DNA of 64,000 nucleotides from an uncultured Lentisphaeria bacterium (GTDB lineage Bacteria; Verrucomicrobiota; Lentisphaeria; Victivallales; UBA1829): NCBI GenBank assembly GCA_949282305.1, contig CASDPB010000128.1, positions 51,885 to 115,884 of the forward strand, read 5' to 3'. Shown piece by piece: positions 9,257 to 18,802 of this stretch (position 1 is its first letter; each line of letters starts with the position of its first letter). The notes under the pieces were generated by a model. It saw only the letters and a program-made list of their open reading frames with translations, ran no database searches and was not told where the DNA came from. The position numbers and the translations under genes were made by a program.

Positions 9257-10663
9257 ATGGCTTTGGAAAAGATTGCATTGAAGGATCTTCCGCAGGCCTA
9301 CCGTTCGGCGTTTACCCGGGCTCAGGAAGTAATCAGGAACGGCAGCTACGAATACGGAGTGGAGTTGCTCAAGGACATTTTGAAGGCGCGTCCCGGATTC
9401 TGGGAGGCGCGCGAGGCGATCCGGGACGCTCAGAAACGGAAGACGGAACAGCTGGGCGGCTTCGGAAAGTTCATCAACGGTTTTTCCATGAATAAATTCA
9501 TCCTCAAGGGCAGGTCTCAGCTGAAAAAGAATCCGCTGGAGGCGTTGCAGGACGGGGAGGAGGCGCTCTCGAAACTTTACAGCGTTCCGGGGCTTAAACT
9601 GGTGGCGGAGGCCGCCTTGGAACTGGAAGCATTTCATATTGCGGTTGCCGCCGCGGAGGCGCTTGAGGATCTTGAATCCGACAACGACGGCATCCTGAAT
9701 TACGTGGCGAATATCTTTGACAAGGCGGGAGAACCCGCACGGGTTCTTCAGGTGCGCCAGAGACAGGTGGCGCGCCATCCGAACAGCCTGGACGCCATCG
9801 CCAAACTGCGCGCTGCCGCGGCGACCGCCTCCATGTCCTCCACAACCTTTACGGATGACAAGGCAGGTGCGGGAAAGAGCCAGATTGCCGGCAGCAAGGC
9901 GCCGAATCTGAGCGACCTGGAGCGCGGCGACCGCATCATCCGTTCCGAAGAGGACATCAAGGAGATGATCCGCCGTTATGAAGAAGGAATCGCTGCCGGG
10001 CAGGTTTCCATGGAGGTCTACCGGAAACTTGCAGAGCTCTATCAGCGCGTCAACCGCCATCAGGATGCCGTGGACACCTATATGAAGCTGGTGGAACTTC
10101 AGGGGAATCTGGACCCGATTGTGGACCGTGCCATAGAAAAGTCCCAGGTGGCGCTTTATGAGGCGTATATGAAGCAGCTGGAAAAAGACGGTCATCCGCA
10201 GGAGGAGATCGAGGCTGTCAGGAACGAGATGATCAACTACCGTCTTGAGCGCAGCCGGGATCGTGTCCGCAAATATCCGAACGACCTGCAGATGCGTTTC
10301 GAGCTTGCCTGTCTGCTGTGGGACATCGGCGATGTGGATCACGCTCTGGAAGAGTTTCAGCATTCCCAGCGCAATCCCCAGCGCAAACTGGAGTCCATGG
10401 TCTACATGGGACGCTGCTTTGCCGCGAAGGAGCGCTATGACATGGCGATAGAGCAGTTTGAAAGCGCGCTGAGCGAAATGAAGTACATGGACAAGGACAA
10501 GATGAAGGCTCTCTACTATGAGGGCACCACGTATGAAACCATGGGAGAGGCGGAGAAGGCACTGGAATGCTTCAAGCAGATTTACGCGGTCAATGTCGGA
10601 TATATGGATGTCGCCGCCAGGATCAATGCCTATTACGATAAGCAGAAGAAGGAAAACGAATAA
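9257..10663 (+). CDS. TPR-repeat protein
   Basis: Repeated A/Y/L-rich 34-aa-type helices (e.g. YRKLAELYQRVNRHQDAVDTYMKL, MGRCFAAKERYDMAIEQFESAL). The ATG at 9257 follows GGGAGG. Confidence 0.8.
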   Translation: MALEKIALKDLPQAYRSAFTRAQEVIRNGSYEYGVELLKDILKARPGFWEAREAIRDAQKRKTEQLGGFGKFINGFSMNKFILKGRSQLKKNPLEALQDGEEALSKLYSVPGLKLVAEAALELEAFHIAVAAAEALEDLESDNDGILNYVANIFDKAGEPARVLQVRQRQVARHPNSLDAIAKLRAAAATASMSSTTFTDDKAGAGKSQIAGSKAPNLSDLERGDRIIRSEEDIKEMIRRYEEGIAAGQVSMEVYRKLAELYQRVNRHQDAVDTYMKLVELQGNLDPIVDRAIEKSQVALYEAYMKQLEKDGHPQEEIEAVRNEMINYRLERSRDRVRKYPNDLQMRFELACLLWDIGDVDHALEEFQHSQRNPQRKLESMVYMGRCFAAKERYDMAIEQFESALSEMKYMDKDKMKALYYEGTTYETMGEAEKALECFKQIYAVNVGYMDVAARINAYYDKQKKENE

Positions 10664-10798
10664 CCGGCTCCTGTTTTTCAAAAAGGAACGCAGAGGATTT
10701 CTCCTTTGCGTTTTTTTTTGCCGTCTCCGTTTGAAATCCCCTCCATCCGGGCGTATATTGACAGATTATTTATTAAGAAAAACAAGGAGTTATGCGTT

Positions 10799-13354
10799 AT
10801 GGAATACGATTTCACGAAAATCGAGAAAAAATGGCAGGATTACTGGGAGCGCAACAAGACCTTCAAAACTCCGGATGTTTCCGAGAAGAAGAAACTTTAT
10901 GTTCTTGACATGTTTCCTTATCCGAGCGGAGCGGGACTTCATGTCGGGCACCCGGAAGGGTATACCGCGACAGACATTTACTGCCGCTTCAAACGCATGA
11001 CCGGATACAATGTCCTGCATCCGATGGGATGGGATGCGTTCGGGCTTCCCGCCGAACAGTATGCGATCGAAACGGGCACTCATCCGGCTGTCACGACAAA
11101 GAAAAACGTCGATACCTTCAAGCGCCAGATCAAGTCTCTCGGATTCAGTTATGACTGGGACCGGGAAATCAACACGACGGATCCGAAATATTACCGCTGG
11201 ACACAGTGGATCTTTTTACAGCTGTACAAGAAAGGACTCGCGTATGTGGCGGAAGTTCCCGTGAACTGGTGTCCCGCCCTCGGAACCGTCCTCGCCAATG
11301 AGGAAGTCATCGACGGGCGCAGCGAGCGTGGCAACCATCCTGTGATCCGCAAGCCCATGAGACAGTGGGTGCTCAAGATCACGGAATATGCGGAGCGTCT
11401 GCTTGCCGATATGGACGAGCTCGACTGGCCGGAGGGCATCAAGGAGATGCAGCGCAACTGGATCGGCAAGTCCGAAGGCGCGGAAGTCACTTTCCGGATC
11501 GACGGAACAGAGGAAAAGGTGACGGTCTTCACGACACGCCCCGACACGCTGTTCGGCGCGACTTATATGGTGCTCGCTCCCGAAAACCCTGTGGTTGACG
11601 CCATCACGACTCCGGAATGCAGACAGGCGGTCGATGATTACCGCAAGGCGGTTGCCTCCAAGAGCGATCTCGACAGAACCGGGCTCAACAATGAAAAGAC
11701 CGGCGTCTTTACCGGCGCTTACGCCGTCAATCCCGTCAACGGCGACAGGATTCCCGTATGGATTGCCGACTATGTGCTGATCTCCTACGGAACCGGCGCG
11801 ATCATGGCGGTTCCCGCGCACGATACCCGCGACTTCGATTTCGCGGTCAAGTTCCATATTCCGATCAAGTGCATCATTGAGCCGGACCCGAAGGAAGCCG
11901 CCGCGCTCAAGATCGATCCCGCCGACGTGTTTGCGGGAAAAGTCTGCTGGACAGGCGACGGCAAATCCGTCAACAGCGCGAACAGCGAGGGACTTGACAT
12001 CAACGGTCTGGATGTGAAAGCCGCGAAAGCGAAGACGATTGACTGGCTTGCCGCCCGTGGAATCGGACGCAAAATGACCAATTACAAACTGCGCGACTGG
12101 CTGTTCAGCCGTCAGCGCTACTGGGGCGAGCCGTTCCCCGTCATCATCATGGAAGACGGTTCGATCCGGCTTGTCGATGAGAATGACCTGCCTGTAACTC
12201 TGCCCGATCTGCAGGACTTCAAACCTGCCGGAACCGGCGAATCTCCGCTTGCGAAGGCGGGGAAATGGCTTGATTACACAGATCCTGTGACCGGCATGAA
12301 AGGCCGCCGCGAGACGAACACCATGCCCCAGTGGGCGGGTTCCTGCTGGTATTATCTGCGTTATATAGACCCGCACAACGACAAGGCGTTCATCGATCCC
12401 GAAAAGGAAAAATACTGGATGCCAGTCGATCTCTATGTCGGCGGTGCCGAACATGCGGTACTGCATCTGCTCTATGCCCGTTTCTGGCACAAGGTGCTGT
12501 ACGATATCGGCGCGGTTTCCACGAAAGAACCGTTCCATCGCCTTGTCAACCAGGGAATGATTCTCGGCACGTCCTATAAGAATGAACGCGGCGTCATCAT
12601 TCCGACTGATCAGGTCGAGCTTACGGAAAACGGACCTGTCTGCAAGGCGACCGGCGAAAAGCTTGCTGAGTTCCCTGCGAAAATGTCCAAATCCCTGCGG
12701 AATGTGGTCAACCCGGACGATGTGATTCGTTCCTACGGTGCGGACAGCATGCGTCTTTATGAGATGTTCATGGGGCCTCTCGAAGCCGTCAAGCCGTGGA
12801 GCACACGCGGAGTCGAAGGCGTGTTCCGTTTCCTGAAACGCGTCTGGCGCATGATTGCCGAAACGCCGGTCTGTGACGACAAGTTGACGAAAGAGCAGAT
12901 GAAAGTTCTTCACGCGACGATCAAAAAGGTCACGGAAGATACCGACACCCTGAACTTCAATACGGCGATCAGCCAGATGATGATCTTCGTCAACGAGTTT
13001 TCAAAATGTGAAAAGATGCCGCGCGAAGCCGCCGAAGCGTTTGTGAAGCTGATCTGCCCGTATGCGCCTCATATTGCGGAAGAGTTGTGGGAAATCCTCG
13101 GCAACAGGGCGCCGGTTTCTCTTGCCGACTGGCCGGAATATTCGGAGGATGTTTTGCAGGAGGACGAGGTTGAGATTCTGATTCAGGTCAACGGCAGACC
13201 GCGCGAGCGCATGATGATGCCGGTGAACGCCGTTCCCGCTGAAATGGAGAAACTGGCGCTGGGCAATGACAATGTCCGGAAACAGCTCGAAGGCAAAAAC
13301 ATTGTCAAAGTGATCTGTGTGCCGAAACGTGTCGTGAACATCGTGGCAAAATGA
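10799..13354 (+). CDS. leuS: Leucine--tRNA ligase
   Basis: HIGH-type motif (LHVGHPEGY), KMSKS, and an N-terminus [22 protein letters not shown] lies 9 nt upstream of the ATG at 10799. Confidence 0.97.
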   Translation: MEYDFTKIEKKWQDYWERNKTFKTPDVSEKKKLYVLDMFPYPSGAGLHVGHPEGYTATDIYCRFKRMTGYNVLHPMGWDAFGLPAEQYAIETGTHPAVTTKKNVDTFKRQIKSLGFSYDWDREINTTDPKYYRWTQWIFLQLYKKGLAYVAEVPVNWCPALGTVLANEEVIDGRSERGNHPVIRKPMRQWVLKITEYAERLLADMDELDWPEGIKEMQRNWIGKSEGAEVTFRIDGTEEKVTVFTTRPDTLFGATYMVLAPENPVVDAITTPECRQAVDDYRKAVASKSDLDRTGLNNEKTGVFTGAYAVNPVNGDRIPVWIADYVLISYGTGAIMAVPAHDTRDFDFAVKFHIPIKCIIEPDPKEAAALKIDPADVFAGKVCWTGDGKSVNSANSEGLDINGLDVKAAKAKTIDWLAARGIGRKMTNYKLRDWLFSRQRYWGEPFPVIIMEDGSIRLVDENDLPVTLPDLQDFKPAGTGESPLAKAGKWLDYTDPVTGMKGRRETNTMPQWAGSCWYYLRYIDPHNDKAFIDPEKEKYWMPVDLYVGGAEHAVLHLLYARFWHKVLYDIGAVSTKEPFHRLVNQGMILGTSYKNERGVIIPTDQVELTENGPVCKATGEKLAEFPAKMSKSLRNVVNPDDVIRSYGADSMRLYEMFMGPLEAVKPWSTRGVEGVFRFLKRVWRMIAETPVCDDKLTKEQMKVLHATIKKVTEDTDTLNFNTAISQMMIFVNEFSKCEKMPREAAEAFVKLICPYAPHIAEELWEILGNRAPVSLADWPEYSEDVLQEDEVEILIQVNGRPRERMMMPVNAVPAEMEKLALGNDNVRKQLEGKNIVKVICVPKRVVNIVAK

Positions 13355-13358
13355 CAAG

Positions 13359-14129
13359 GTGCTGCAACCGGGGAAAGTCGCTGCTGAAATGGAAAGAATC
13401 TGGACTGATTGCCTGACCGTCCGCCATCATGAGTGCGGGCCGGATGCGAAGTTGAAGCTGAATTCGCTGTTCGACTATCTGCAGGATGCGGCGGCGGGTC
13501 ATGCGGATCATCTCGGCGTGGGAATTCAATTCCTTGCGGAGCATCGTATGCTCTGGGTTCTTTCGCGTGTGAAACTCCGGATTGCGCGCCTGCCTGTCAT
13601 CGGCGAGAAGATACGTGTCGTAACCTATCCGAGCGGGCCGGAGAAGATCTTTGCGACCCGTCAATATGCGGTCTACGATGAAAAAGAGGAGCGGATTATT
13701 TGCGGGACGAGCTTCTGGCTTCTGCTTGACAGTGCGAAGTTCCGTCCCCTGAAGCCGCTTCAGCATCTTGGCAATGCCCTGCCAGCGAACGAGGACCGGG
13801 TCCGTTATTTTTCCGGGCTGGACAAACTGGAAGGCAATCCGGCGGTTTCGGAACTGCGCGAGTATGCTGTGACTCATTCCATGATTGACGTGAATCGGCA
13901 TTTGAATAACGCATATTATGCTTTCTTCACGAACGACGCGCTTGGAATGATGAGCGGCTCTTTCCGTTCCGTTTCGGAGATTCAGGTGAACTTCAACCAT
14001 TCCGGCGTTCTCGGCGACCGTATCGTCTGCCGCGGATCGCTGTCCTCCGGCTGTTTCTATGTGGACGGCAGATCGCCGGACGGTTCCGTCACTTATTTTC
14101 AGGCATCGGGAGTTGTGAACAGTTTATAG
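13359..14129 (+). CDS. Acyl-[acyl-carrier-protein] thioesterase (FatA/FatB-like, double hot-dog)
   Basis: LTVRHHECGPDAKLKLNSLFDYLQDAAAGHADHLGVG...MLWVLSRVKLRI is the typical acyl-ACP thioesterase N-terminus. The gene starts 4 nt after the leuS stop (GTG 13359, or alternatively ATG 13389). Confidence 0.85.
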   Translation: MLQPGKVAAEMERIWTDCLTVRHHECGPDAKLKLNSLFDYLQDAAAGHADHLGVGIQFLAEHRMLWVLSRVKLRIARLPVIGEKIRVVTYPSGPEKIFATRQYAVYDEKEERIICGTSFWLLLDSAKFRPLKPLQHLGNALPANEDRVRYFSGLDKLEGNPAVSELREYAVTHSMIDVNRHLNNAYYAFFTNDALGMMSGSFRSVSEIQVNFNHSGVLGDRIVCRGSLSSGCFYVDGRSPDGSVTYFQASGVVNSL

Positions 14130-14387
14130 AGTTCCTCTTTCCGCCTGACACTGGTGAAAAACGGCGTCATTGGACAAAAAAATATTGATGCCGTGATTCT
14201 GCATCGGCGGCAGTTTTTTTCCGTGGTTCCCTCCGGCACCTGTTTTTGCCCGCTGCCCGCTAATCACTGCTCGTTGCCCGCTGATTCCTTCGGCGGAATG
14301 AAAGGTTCCGGATTTTTTCCATTCTGTCTTTGATTTTTTCCGGTTCCGGCAGTATAGTCATACGGAAAAATGTAAGGAAAGAAGCAC

Positions 14388-15176
14388 ATGAAAAAAGTTT
14401 TACCGTCCCTGTTCTTGCTGCTGGTGCTTTTTGTTTTGCCCGCTGCCGAGATGTCCTATGACTCCCTGCCTGTGAAAGTCGTCCTGTTTCCGTTCCGTGA
14501 GGCGATTCTTTCCACACAGATTGATGGAGTGGTTTCCAAATACAACTTCCGGGGCGGAGAGCGTTTCAAAAAGAACGACGTGCTTCTGATGTTGGACGAC
14601 AAGAAATACAATAACGATCTCCAGCGGATGCAATCCCTGATGAAGGAGGCGGAGCTGAATGCGAACTATGCCAGGCAGAAATGGGAGGACAACAAACGTC
14701 TGTTCACGGAGGATCTCCAAAGCGAAATTGAAGTGATGAAGTCTGAACTGGATGCGAAGGTCGGTGCCGAGCGTTACCAGACCGCCCGGATCAATTATGC
14801 GGATGCGCTGCTGCAGCTTGCCTTCTGCACCATCAAGGCACCTTTTGACGGAACAGTGGAAAAGCTGCTGACGCGCGAATTTGAAACGGTAAGGAGCGGA
14901 CAGCCCCTGATCTCCATCATTGATGACAATCAGCTGCTTGCGGTCATGAATCTGCCGACCGCCGAGCTGCCGAAGATCAAAATCGGAAAACCCGTTACCT
15001 TCAAAGTGCATGAAAACGGCAGGGTTGTGACCGGTTCGGTTTTTGAAATCGCCGGCCGCGCGGACCACCGGAGCGAGACCATTGAGATCAAGGTGCTGAT
15101 CGACAATGCGGAACATCATTTTTCCGCCGGCATGTCCGGAACTCTTATGAAAGTCGGGGACGGCGATGGAAAATAA
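14388..15176 (+). CDS. HlyD/membrane-fusion-protein family periplasmic adaptor (short, signal-anchored)
   Basis: N-terminal hydrophobic signal/anchor, a lipoyl-like motif (IKAPFDGTVEKLL), a coiled-coil segment and a beta-barrel segment. Confidence 0.85.
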   Translation: MKKVLPSLFLLLVLFVLPAAEMSYDSLPVKVVLFPFREAILSTQIDGVVSKYNFRGGERFKKNDVLLMLDDKKYNNDLQRMQSLMKEAELNANYARQKWEDNKRLFTEDLQSEIEVMKSELDAKVGAERYQTARINYADALLQLAFCTIKAPFDGTVEKLLTREFETVRSGQPLISIIDDNQLLAVMNLPTAELPKIKIGKPVTFKVHENGRVVTGSVFEIAGRADHRSETIEIKVLIDNAEHHFSAGMSGTLMKVGDGDGK

Positions 15177-16563
15177 TCTGCAGCACGAAAATGCCGAGCT
15201 GAAAGCCAGACTGCGCGCGTTTGCCGCGATCATGCGTCTGGGGCGCGACGCGTTTGAACAGCCGGATCTCACGACTGCCGGCGTGCATATAGTCAACAAT
15301 TCCCGCACGCTGCTGACTTATGAGTCCTCCTGCCTTGTCGATATGCGCGGCAAACCGTCCATTGTTGCGGAATATGCGCAGGTGGAAGTGAAGCAGCATA
15401 CGGAATATGCCGCGGACGTGAAGACATTGTGCCGGAATCTGGATTTCAGCGGCGGAATGGTCGAGCTGAGCGATCGGAACGAGACTTTGAGGAAGCTGCC
15501 GCGGAAAGCGCAGGATGCGTATGAACATTTGACGGAGGAGGGGGGCTCCCTGGTTCTGGTGCCGCTTCGTGCCACGCGCTATCAGAGTTCCCGGAAAGAA
15601 CCGTTTGTATGGATCATGGAGTTCAAGGGGACGGTTCCGCCGCATGTGGAGGCTTCCATTCCGCTGCTGGCGTCGGATTACGGCAACGCTTTCTGGAGTC
15701 ACACGCCGACGGGCGGGGCGCGGGTCTTCTTCAACTGGCTCCGGAAGATCACGCTGATCCGCGTTCTGCTGCTTCTGCTGCTTGCCTTCATCGTTGCCAT
15801 GTTCACGGTGGATGTGGAGCATACCGTTTCCGCCGAGTTCGTGGTCAAGCCCAATGCGGAATACAACTCCTACGCATGGTTCGACTGCGTGGTGAAAAAC
15901 TGCTTCTTCAACGACGGCGATGAGGTCAAGGCAGGTGATAAGATTCTGGAATATGACACGGAACGGATGCGTTTCCAGCTTGCCGCTTCCGAAGCCGCGT
16001 TCAAAGAGGCGGATGCGGAGTATGAACAGGTTCAGAAGGCTTCTTTCACGGACAAGGAAAGTCTGGGGCGGCTGAAAGTCCTTGCCTTCAAACGGGATTC
16101 CGCGCGCGTGGCGATCCAGGAGGCGAAATGGTATCTTGCGCACAGCGTCGTAACTGCTCCCGTGTCGGGGATTCTTGCCATTGCCGAGGGGAGTGCGGAC
16201 AAACTTGCCGGGCGTGCCCTGAAGCTCGGCGAGAAGCAGTTCGACATCCTTTCCAACGAAGGGATGATTGCGGAAATCATGGTAAACGAGAAAGATGCGT
16301 CTGTGCTGGAGGGAAATCCGCGCATTACGCTGTTCCTGCATACGCGGCCGGAGCTGCCGATTCCCGTGAAGATTCTCTCCTCGCGCTTTTACCCGGAGCT
16401 GACCGAACAGAATATTTACAGTTACAACGTGAAGGCGGAGATGGAGAACAATGTCCCCGGGCTTCGTTTCGGTATGCGCGGAGTCGCCCGTGTGACCGGC
16501 GAGAAAGTCAAACTCGGGTATTATCTCTTCCGCAGTCTGGTTCTCTGGTATCGCGGCGTATAA
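15166..16563 (+). CDS. HlyD-family adaptor with an unassigned ~190-aa cytoplasmic N-terminal domain
   Basis: One TM segment (ITLIRVLLLLLLAFIVAMFTV), then a lipoyl/coiled-coil/barrel layout (VVTAPVSGILAI). It overlaps the upstream gene by 11 nt. Confidence 0.8.
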   Translation: MENNLQHENAELKARLRAFAAIMRLGRDAFEQPDLTTAGVHIVNNSRTLLTYESSCLVDMRGKPSIVAEYAQVEVKQHTEYAADVKTLCRNLDFSGGMVELSDRNETLRKLPRKAQDAYEHLTEEGGSLVLVPLRATRYQSSRKEPFVWIMEFKGTVPPHVEASIPLLASDYGNAFWSHTPTGGARVFFNWLRKITLIRVLLLLLLAFIVAMFTVDVEHTVSAEFVVKPNAEYNSYAWFDCVVKNCFFNDGDEVKAGDKILEYDTERMRFQLAASEAAFKEADAEYEQVQKASFTDKESLGRLKVLAFKRDSARVAIQEAKWYLAHSVVTAPVSGILAIAEGSADKLAGRALKLGEKQFDILSNEGMIAEIMVNEKDASVLEGNPRITLFLHTRPELPIPVKILSSRFYPELTEQNIYSYNVKAEMENNVPGLRFGMRGVARVTGEKVKLGYYLFRSLVLWYRGV

Positions 16564-16570
16564 CGGCAGG

Positions 16571-18736
16571 GTGAGCATGGAACAGAACATTACACCACAG
16601 GGGGCTTCCGGGACTTCGCAGGATGCGGGGAACACGCAGGCACCGCGGCAGCAGAAAAAACCGGAGTTCCGCACCGGAGTGATCCGTTCGGACATCCAGT
16701 TCATTCCGCCCGGAGAACATGGCGACTATGCAATGATTTTCGATCCGTTGTCCGAGGCGTATTACAAACTTTCCGAGCGTTCCTGCCGGATTCTTCAGCT
16801 GATGGACCGCAGTTACGAGTTCGGCGAATTTCTGGAACGGGTCAACTCTTTCGGGATGGACTGCGACAGGGCGGAGCTTCTCGAACTGGTTAATTTCCTG
16901 CATGCGAACAATCTGGTCGCGCCGGAATACGGAACGCTGAACATGAAGGTCATGCGGCACCGTGAAATGAAGGAGAAAACCACGTTTCACCGGTTTATGG
17001 GAATGTATCTGTTTTTCCGGCTGCCCCCGATTCATCCGGACGGCTTTTTCACTGCGACGATGCCTTTCATCCGCATGTTGTTCAACAGATTCACCCTGTT
17101 TTTCATCATTGCGGCGGCGCTGGGCGGATACATCCTGCTGCTGCGTTCGTGGAACGAGGCGTATGCAACGTTCGTGAACTCTCTTTCCTGGGCGGGACTG
17201 GTGAAATATTTCTGGGCTCTGCTGATTACGAAATCTGTTCATGAGCTGGCGCACGGATATACTGCAAAAAGTTTCGGGGCGCGGGTGCGTTCCATGGGAA
17301 TCAGCTTCATCGTGTTTTACCCCCGGCTCTTTGTGGATTTGACCGATACCTGGAGGCTTTCCCGCGCAAAGCGCACCGCCTGCGACGGCGCTGGTATCGC
17401 CAGCGAGCTGATCTTCGGCGGGCTCGCCGCGATTGTATGGGTATATGCCCAGCCCGGACCTCTGAAGTCGACGATGTTCTATCTGTTCACGGTCAGTGCG
17501 CTTGGAACGCTGCTGGTCAACGGCAATCCCTTTATCCGTTACGACGGTTATTATCTGCTGTGCGACTTCATGAACATTGAGAATCTGATGCAGCGTTCCA
17601 GTGAATTCATCAAGGCGTGGAACCGCCGTTTTTTCCTCGGCATCGGTTCTTATCCCGACAGCGGCGACTGTTCCCCGCTGACTCTGTATGTCTTCGGCAC
17701 CAGCGCTTTTATTTACCGTCTTTTCCTGTATACGTCCATCATCCTGATTATTTATTTCAAGTTCACAAAGCCCGTTGCGATCATCCTGATGGCGATTGAA
17801 GTCTATACAATGCTGCTGATGCCGGTGATTTTTGAGCTGAAGGCGCTGAAGACTCTGCGCAGGAGGATGAACTGGGCGAAGGCACTGCTGACCGGGCTGG
17901 CGGTCTGCGGACTGGTTTCGCTTCTTTTCATTCCGCTTCCGTGGTCGTTTACCCTGCCTTGCGAGATTGTGCCTGAAACGAGGCGCATGGTGACGGTCAA
18001 TGAATCCGCGTTTGCGGCAAAGGAGTTGAAAGACGAGCCGTTTGCCGTGGAGAAGGGGGATCTGATTCTGCCGTTCCGCAACGTGTTTCTTGATTTCAAT
18101 ATCCGGCGCTATGAAATTTCCGCCGACCAGAACCGGGCGGAACTGAATCTTCTGCGCTCCGACACCAAGACGATCGGAGCGAGTCCCGCCGTATATGAGA
18201 AACTGCGCGCGAATCTGTTGACGCAGAATGAGATGAAGCGCCGCAGAGACAATATGGCGGTGAGGGCGGAGGCAGCGGGGATTTTTGTTCCGGAAATGGA
18301 AGGCATATCCGAAGGGCGCTGGCTGGAAAAGGGAACGGTGCTCGGCGAGATCGTGTCGAAAGAGGTTGCGGTTTACGCCTATGCTCTGGACCGCGAGGTG
18401 AACCGGATTCAGAAGGGGGATCGCGTGATGATCCGTCTGCGCGGAGAACTCAGGGAGTATCCGGGACGGATCGGTTCGCTGAATCCCGTGGCGGTCAAGT
18501 TCCGCGACTCGACTCTTGTGCAGGCGATGGGCGGCATCGTCCCCTGTTATCCGAATGAGAAAACTCGTGAATTCACGCCCGTGAACGTGCTTTACTGCAT
18601 TACCGTGATTCCGGATGAGCCGATCCTCTGCCGTTCGGGGCGTACCGGGCAGGCGGAAGTCAGGAAGACCTACCGCATGTCCGTGGAACTTGTCCGTTCG
18701 CTGATGCACATCTTCTACCGCGAATTCTCATTCTGA
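16571..18736 (+). CDS. PqqD-like / peptidase M50 (site-2 protease-like) / HlyD-like fusion membrane protein
   Basis: HELAH and NGNPFIRYDG zinc-protease motifs sit in a polytopic region. The N-terminal segment is PqqD-like (FDPLSEAYYKLSERSCRILQLMD...). The C-terminus is adaptor-like. An alternative ATG start is at 16577. Confidence 0.8.
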   Translation: MSMEQNITPQGASGTSQDAGNTQAPRQQKKPEFRTGVIRSDIQFIPPGEHGDYAMIFDPLSEAYYKLSERSCRILQLMDRSYEFGEFLERVNSFGMDCDRAELLELVNFLHANNLVAPEYGTLNMKVMRHREMKEKTTFHRFMGMYLFFRLPPIHPDGFFTATMPFIRMLFNRFTLFFIIAAALGGYILLLRSWNEAYATFVNSLSWAGLVKYFWALLITKSVHELAHGYTAKSFGARVRSMGISFIVFYPRLFVDLTDTWRLSRAKRTACDGAGIASELIFGGLAAIVWVYAQPGPLKSTMFYLFTVSALGTLLVNGNPFIRYDGYYLLCDFMNIENLMQRSSEFIKAWNRRFFLGIGSYPDSGDCSPLTLYVFGTSAFIYRLFLYTSIILIIYFKFTKPVAIILMAIEVYTMLLMPVIFELKALKTLRRRMNWAKALLTGLAVCGLVSLLFIPLPWSFTLPCEIVPETRRMVTVNESAFAAKELKDEPFAVEKGDLILPFRNVFLDFNIRRYEISADQNRAELNLLRSDTKTIGASPAVYEKLRANLLTQNEMKRRRDNMAVRAEAAGIFVPEMEGISEGRWLEKGTVLGEIVSKEVAVYAYALDREVNRIQKGDRVMIRLRGELREYPGRIGSLNPVAVKFRDSTLVQAMGGIVPCYPNEKTREFTPVNVLYCITVIPDEPILCRSGRTGQAEVRKTYRMSVELVRSLMHIFYREFSF

Positions 18737-18802
18737 TTTTTATTGCCTCAGCCTTGAATTGCGGCGAACCGAAATTATATTTTTTCCCCGAAAGGAGTCT
18801 GC

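Noticed and set aside
10706-10798. Upstream in-frame extensions offered by the ORF track for leuS. The same occurs for the KS (22680-22862), HydA (39703-39786), Gfo/Idh/MocA (51249-51404), the acyltransferase (21758-21880), DtxR (34699-34761; 45984-46040), the GNAT (29238-29351), the amidohydrolase (29803-29859), ybaK (27593-27622) and the DapA-like gene (59103-59147).
   Set aside because: The extensions overlap upstream genes or lack family-typical sequence. Internal ATG codons with SD-like purine tracts, and N-termini matching the families, give better starts.
14193-14333. 46-codon Cys-rich ORF (GTG start; MILHRRQFFSVVPSGTCFCPLPANHCSLPADSFGGMKGSGFFPFCL) in the gap before the adaptor/protease cassette. 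It is tempting as a RiPP precursor for the PqqD-like module.
   Set aside because: It has no Shine-Dalgarno sequence and a non-ATG start. It begins inside a terminator-like T-run region. Its Cys/Pro content is produced by the TGCCCGCT DNA repeats. Not supportable without conservation or ribosome-profiling data.
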